Below, in pieces: positions 54,325 to 58,622 of a stretch of DNA of 58,622 nucleotides. The DNA comes from Macrostomum lignano. Taxonomy: Eukaryota. Made by a program: the position numbers and the translations under genes. Positions within the stretch are counted from its first letter, which is position 1. Each line of letters opens with the position of its first letter. The notes beneath the pieces are model-generated. The model ran no database searches. It was not told where the DNA came from and was given only the letters and a program-made list of their open reading frames with translations. The stretch lies in the NCBI GenBank assembly GCA_002269645.1, contig NIVC01001553.1:1-58622 (forward strand), read 5' to 3'.

Positions 54325-54700
54325 ATTGTACCAAATCAGCCTATTAGAGAAGAGCTAGAACAGGGTGGGTAGGATAGGCAGAAATTGGACCAAATCAGCG
54401 AATTAGAGAAGAGCTAGAACAGGGTGGGTAGGATAGGCAGAAATTGGACCAAATCAGCCAATTAGAGAAGAGCTAGAACAGGGTGGGTAGGAAAGGTCGA
54501 AATTGGACCAAGTCAGCCAATTAGAGGAGCTAGAACAGGGTGGGGATATAATGGAGTTGGACTAAATCAACCAATTAGAAAAGGCCTAGGACAGAAAGAA
54601 AGAGCATATTAGCCAATCAGGGAAAGCATCAATAGATGCAAATAGACCAAATCAGCCAATTAGAGAAGACCTAGAGTAGGGTGGGGATTGAGTAGGATTG
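54325..54700. repeat. 59-bp degenerate tandem repeat just upstream of the DPAGT1 ATG
   Basis: CCAAATCAGCCAATTAGAGAAGAGCTAGAACAGGGTGGG recurring at 54331, 54390 and onward. Confidence 0.85.
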
Positions 54701-57572
54701 AACTAAATCAATAAATTAGATGCCTAAGACAATGTATATGGTAGGTAAGGGTACATAGATACTAGACCAGAAAAATCAACTAAAGTATAAGTTTGAGTTA
54801 ACCAAATCAGCAATTAAAGAAGCTTTGAAAAGGATAAGGCAAGGGTAGAGTAAGTAAAAATCAAACCAAATTATCATTGTCTAAATATAAATAGAAAATA
54901 AGCTTATCCATTGGGTATACATTAAATAATAACAAAGCAATTAGCAAGACATTAAGTCTTTTATTTATAATAGCAGATTAACCTTTAACCTTATAACCTT
55001 ATAACCTTTAGCTCCTAACATATTTGTATGCATTATAAAAATGTCATTTGTAGCATTTTTATAATATTATAACAATGTTATGACAAGGATAGTATTGGAA
55101 AAAATAGTATTCTACCACCATACCTTTGTACCTCCATAGCCATAGCTATACTGAATTTATCATGCTATCTCCATAGTCACAATTTGTTATGTTTTAGATA
55201 GTCAAATCTCCGTATTTCAAATTTTCCTATAGCCATATTAAAAATTAACAAAATTAACAAAAACCATAAATTTCCAATGCTAAAAGCAAAAATGTAAAGC
55301 CAAAGTGAAAGCAAGATCAAGCAAAAAGCAAAAAGCAAAAATTAAGTAATTTTAGTATAATATAAAGAGTCTTATTATCTCTTTTAGTATAAATCTATTT
55401 TAGTATGAGATTTTAGTATAATAGATTTAGTTAGGTACAATAAATATCAACACATTTTATTTGAGATAGCCAGTAATGTATCTATCTAATTAGCCAAGAT
55501 TATAAAAATTTAAATTAAAATAACTTTTCTTTACAAAAAAGAGACTTTGTATTTAATTTATATTGTTATAGGAAATTATGTATGGTGCTCCACATCTCCA
55601 TAATACATAACCGTAGCCACCAATTGGCAAGATCTCCATAGCTGCAATCTGTAACCAAATTTTGCTCAAAAAAGTTCCACCTGAATTTTCTTGCAACCAT
55701 AGCCATAATTATGGTAGAACACTAGAAAATATCCATCCCAGGATAATCCCAGGATCCTAGGATTTGACATTTCCTAATCCTGGGATCCTGAGAATCTGGG
55801 ATTGACAGAATACAAGATTTTGTGACCCCTAGCCCAAACCAAGGTAGCTTGCTGAATAAATGGGATGACTTGTCTGTCGTATACTATAGATTAGTGTTTA
55901 GTGTAGATTATTCAACATTGAATTAGCTACAAAGTTGTCACATTGACAAACTAAATACGGCCTAATTTAACTAAAACCAATTTTCGAGTGTTTGATATCT
56001 ATTAGTTCTTAGACTTAGTCCTCTCGTTTCGTCTAGTACTTTTTTAAAAAAACGAATGAGTATGAATAGGCTTAGATTTCCTAGAATAAATGTTTCCCTA
56101 GCCCAAATTCTCTTAGCCATCTCTTAAACTTAGCAATTAGCATAATTGGAAAAAAATAACTTAAATTCAGCTAGTAAGTATCCCACTAATGAAAAACGAG
56201 AAAGAAAGTAAATAGCTAGGTTCTTCTAGCAGCTCTTGCTGCAGATTATTTAGCAGGCTTCGAAGATTGATCATTGATCAAATAGCTGGTGAGCTGGCTG
56301 GAGGAGTAAAAAATGTGAATGACTCTTAACACGTTAAATAGGTACGTATACCTGACAGCGTGTTAAACCAAATAAAACTCGTATGAAATCAAGAATACTG
56401 AAATTTATTACTTATTTAATTTCGCATTAAAAATTAAAACTTATAAGAGAAAATTTTTGTTACCGTCTATTATGGTAAAGGTTTTTGCCACATCAATATT
56501 GAAAACGTTTTGTGGAAGATTTGTTCGTTTCGATAATTAGTTTTCGGCAGTGGCATTGTATTGTAACAGTATAAGTTAGCATAACCACTGAATTGAATTT
56601 TCATCATAGTCAAGAATAAAACCATTCGGCTCTTTTAGTACATTCTTATTGCCATTTACTTAATACGTATTACATGCAAATTGTTATTGTAACATATAGC
56701 AAAGTATTCCTACAACTTCTGCGATAACATACTACACTCTACATTTCCATAATATTCGCATATAGTGATAATACAGTTATCATTCATGCATGCAAGGTAT
56801 AGGCCCACCTGGTAAGCCCACCAAAAGTAATGCAACCAGAAATGTTAAGGTACGTTGGATTCTGTGGAAAGGTATAAAAGACGCAAAAGTAGTGGGTGCA
56901 GAAGGGTGTCTCTGTGTTTTATCGAAAATGCGCTTGGTTCCCCACTTTCACTTTTTCAGGTCTCCGCCGAATAGGGGCGACCATGCACCCCTCCCGCGCC
57001 CCTTCCCCCTGTGTGTCGCTCCCTACCACGAGTGTATAAACTTAAATTTAAACTTGGATACTTTTGCGATATAGAATCGGCGAATACATGTTGTACAAGC
57101 GTACATATGTATATTATGTTATAGGTATTGATTTGTATATATAATGCATCTATTCTTATTTATGTATACATTATGAAATGTTAAACATGCGTCATGTACA
57201 TGCATGCACATGCAAAAATATAAGACCACCGATTTATTCCATATACATGTATACGCGTCCAAATTCATATACAATGTGCATGTATAGTTTAATTAATATT
57301 TATGCTTTGTGTTAAGAAGAACCAAACCATCAAATGAATTTTTTCGTTAGGCTCCGGATCCTTGATGAGATGCTGTTTTATTCGCTTGAAGGTGACATAA
57401 AGCTGCAAATTATTCAGCCCAATAGGCTATCACGGCTATCTGCAATTATTGCTACTCTATAACATGCACATTCATCCATACTTATGTACTTTATAGCTCG
57501 TACGTAATTGAATTAAGAGAGGTTTGGCTTTCTTGAAATCTTGTCTGTTAAAAATGCTTCGTTGTGTGGTAG

Positions 57573-57982
57573 GGGGGGGGGGTTCACAAACTCGAAATTT
57601 CACAAGGTCGAAATTTCACAACGTAGAAACTACTGTATGGTTCTTGTTATATTAAATTGTCGACGTTGTGAAATTTCGAGCTTATGAAGCTCTTGCTAGA
57701 GTTTTCGGTGTTGTGAAATTTCGATCTTGTGAAATTTCGACCTTGTGAAAGTGGCTGCCATTTGAGTTTTCTACGTTGTGAAATTTCGACCTTGTGAAAT
57801 TTCGACCTTATGAAGTCCTTTGCTAAAGTTTTCGATGTTTTGAAATTTTGACCTTGTGAAGTTTCGACCTTGTGAAATAATTTACTTTTCGACCTTGTGA
57901 AGTTTCGACCTTGTGAAGTTTCGACCTTGTGAAATAATTTACTTTTCGACCTTGTGAAATTTCGACCTTATGAAAGCACCCC
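57573..57982. mobile_element. Foldback-type MITE built of 16-bp subterminal repeats
   Basis: 8-bp TSD TGTGGTAG (57565-57572, 57983-57990); left end TTTCACAAGGTCGAAA units, right part inverse TTTCGACCTTGTGAAA units; termini G-run / CCCC. Confidence 0.8.
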
Positions 57983-58622
57983 TGTGGTAGCTGGTCATTG
58001 AAGTTTGAGCATGGTGAATGATTCTTATGATTCTCTGCAATCTGAAATATGCTAAATGCACTAGCGATACTACTCTCAGAGGTTCCTACCGCCGGACCAG
58101 CAGCTCATTTCTAAGAAAATCAAGTGTATAGCGTACGTCTTTCAGCTTGAGCAGTTCATGTGTGAGTAAATGAGAGAACTTTCTATAATTCTTGTCAAAA
58201 ATTTTATTCAGAAAATTTTCAACGAATTTTTTTTTATTAAAGCTAGTAAATTAATTAGGTTATAATATTTAACATTACGTTAAGCATAAAAGCAGGTGTA
58301 AGCGCAGCTTGAACAGAATTTAAACATATGGTTTTTGTAAAAAATTATACTTTGTAATCCTAATTACAAATTAGTTTTAATTACGTTTTAAGTGTTACAG
58401 ACCAAACCTTAAGGAAAATCTGATGTATGTAAGCTGGTGCATGTGTGCATTACTGTTAGTAGTACATATCGTCACAGACGATTCTGTCATGTGGCATTAT
58501 AGACAATAATTCATGCTCGTGATGTCTGTAGCCCATTCTTAGCTGCGTTAACCTAAACTGGCATAAAAATTCAACAAATTTATTATCATAGATGCTCTTC
58601 AGGGTGCATGCAGAGCACAATT

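Noticed and set aside
55730-55805. Small imperfect palindrome of ATCCCAGGATCC motifs; also the 11-bp hairpin at 29929-29958
   Set aside because: Likely decayed MITE remnants; too short and isolated to interpret.
58455-58622. Open minus-strand frame of about 55 codons at the window end
   Set aside because: No recognisable motif and no start within the window; cannot be assessed.

Overview
Eukaryotic (metazoan) genomic DNA with spliceosomal GT-AG introns. GC-rich exons, minisatellite-filled introns and a USP-like gene are consistent with a lophotrochozoan such as a Macrostomum-like flatworm; this assignment is inference only. Six multi-exon genes were reconstructed by hand: DDX46/Prp5 (-, 3' end runs off the window), CTDSP-type small CTD phosphatase (-), a universal-stress-protein-like gene (+), TBCCD1 (-), ENTPD4/7-like apyrase (-) and DPAGT1 (-). 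Introns hold a full-length D,D34D mariner with one premature stop, several MITEs, two tRNA-derived SINE families and about 20 mostly unrelated tandem arrays. Most notable: (1) a 297-bp hAT-like MITE carrying the 28S rRNA segment that R2/I-PpoI/Pokey target; (2) two nested pairs of mutually complementary repeat arrays bracketing ENTPD exons; (3) eight frameshifts in four housekeeping genes, mostly at CpG-containing sites, most likely assembly errors; (4) a tandemly duplicated DDX46 start-codon microexon; (5) a covarying hairpin shared by two distant repeat copies.
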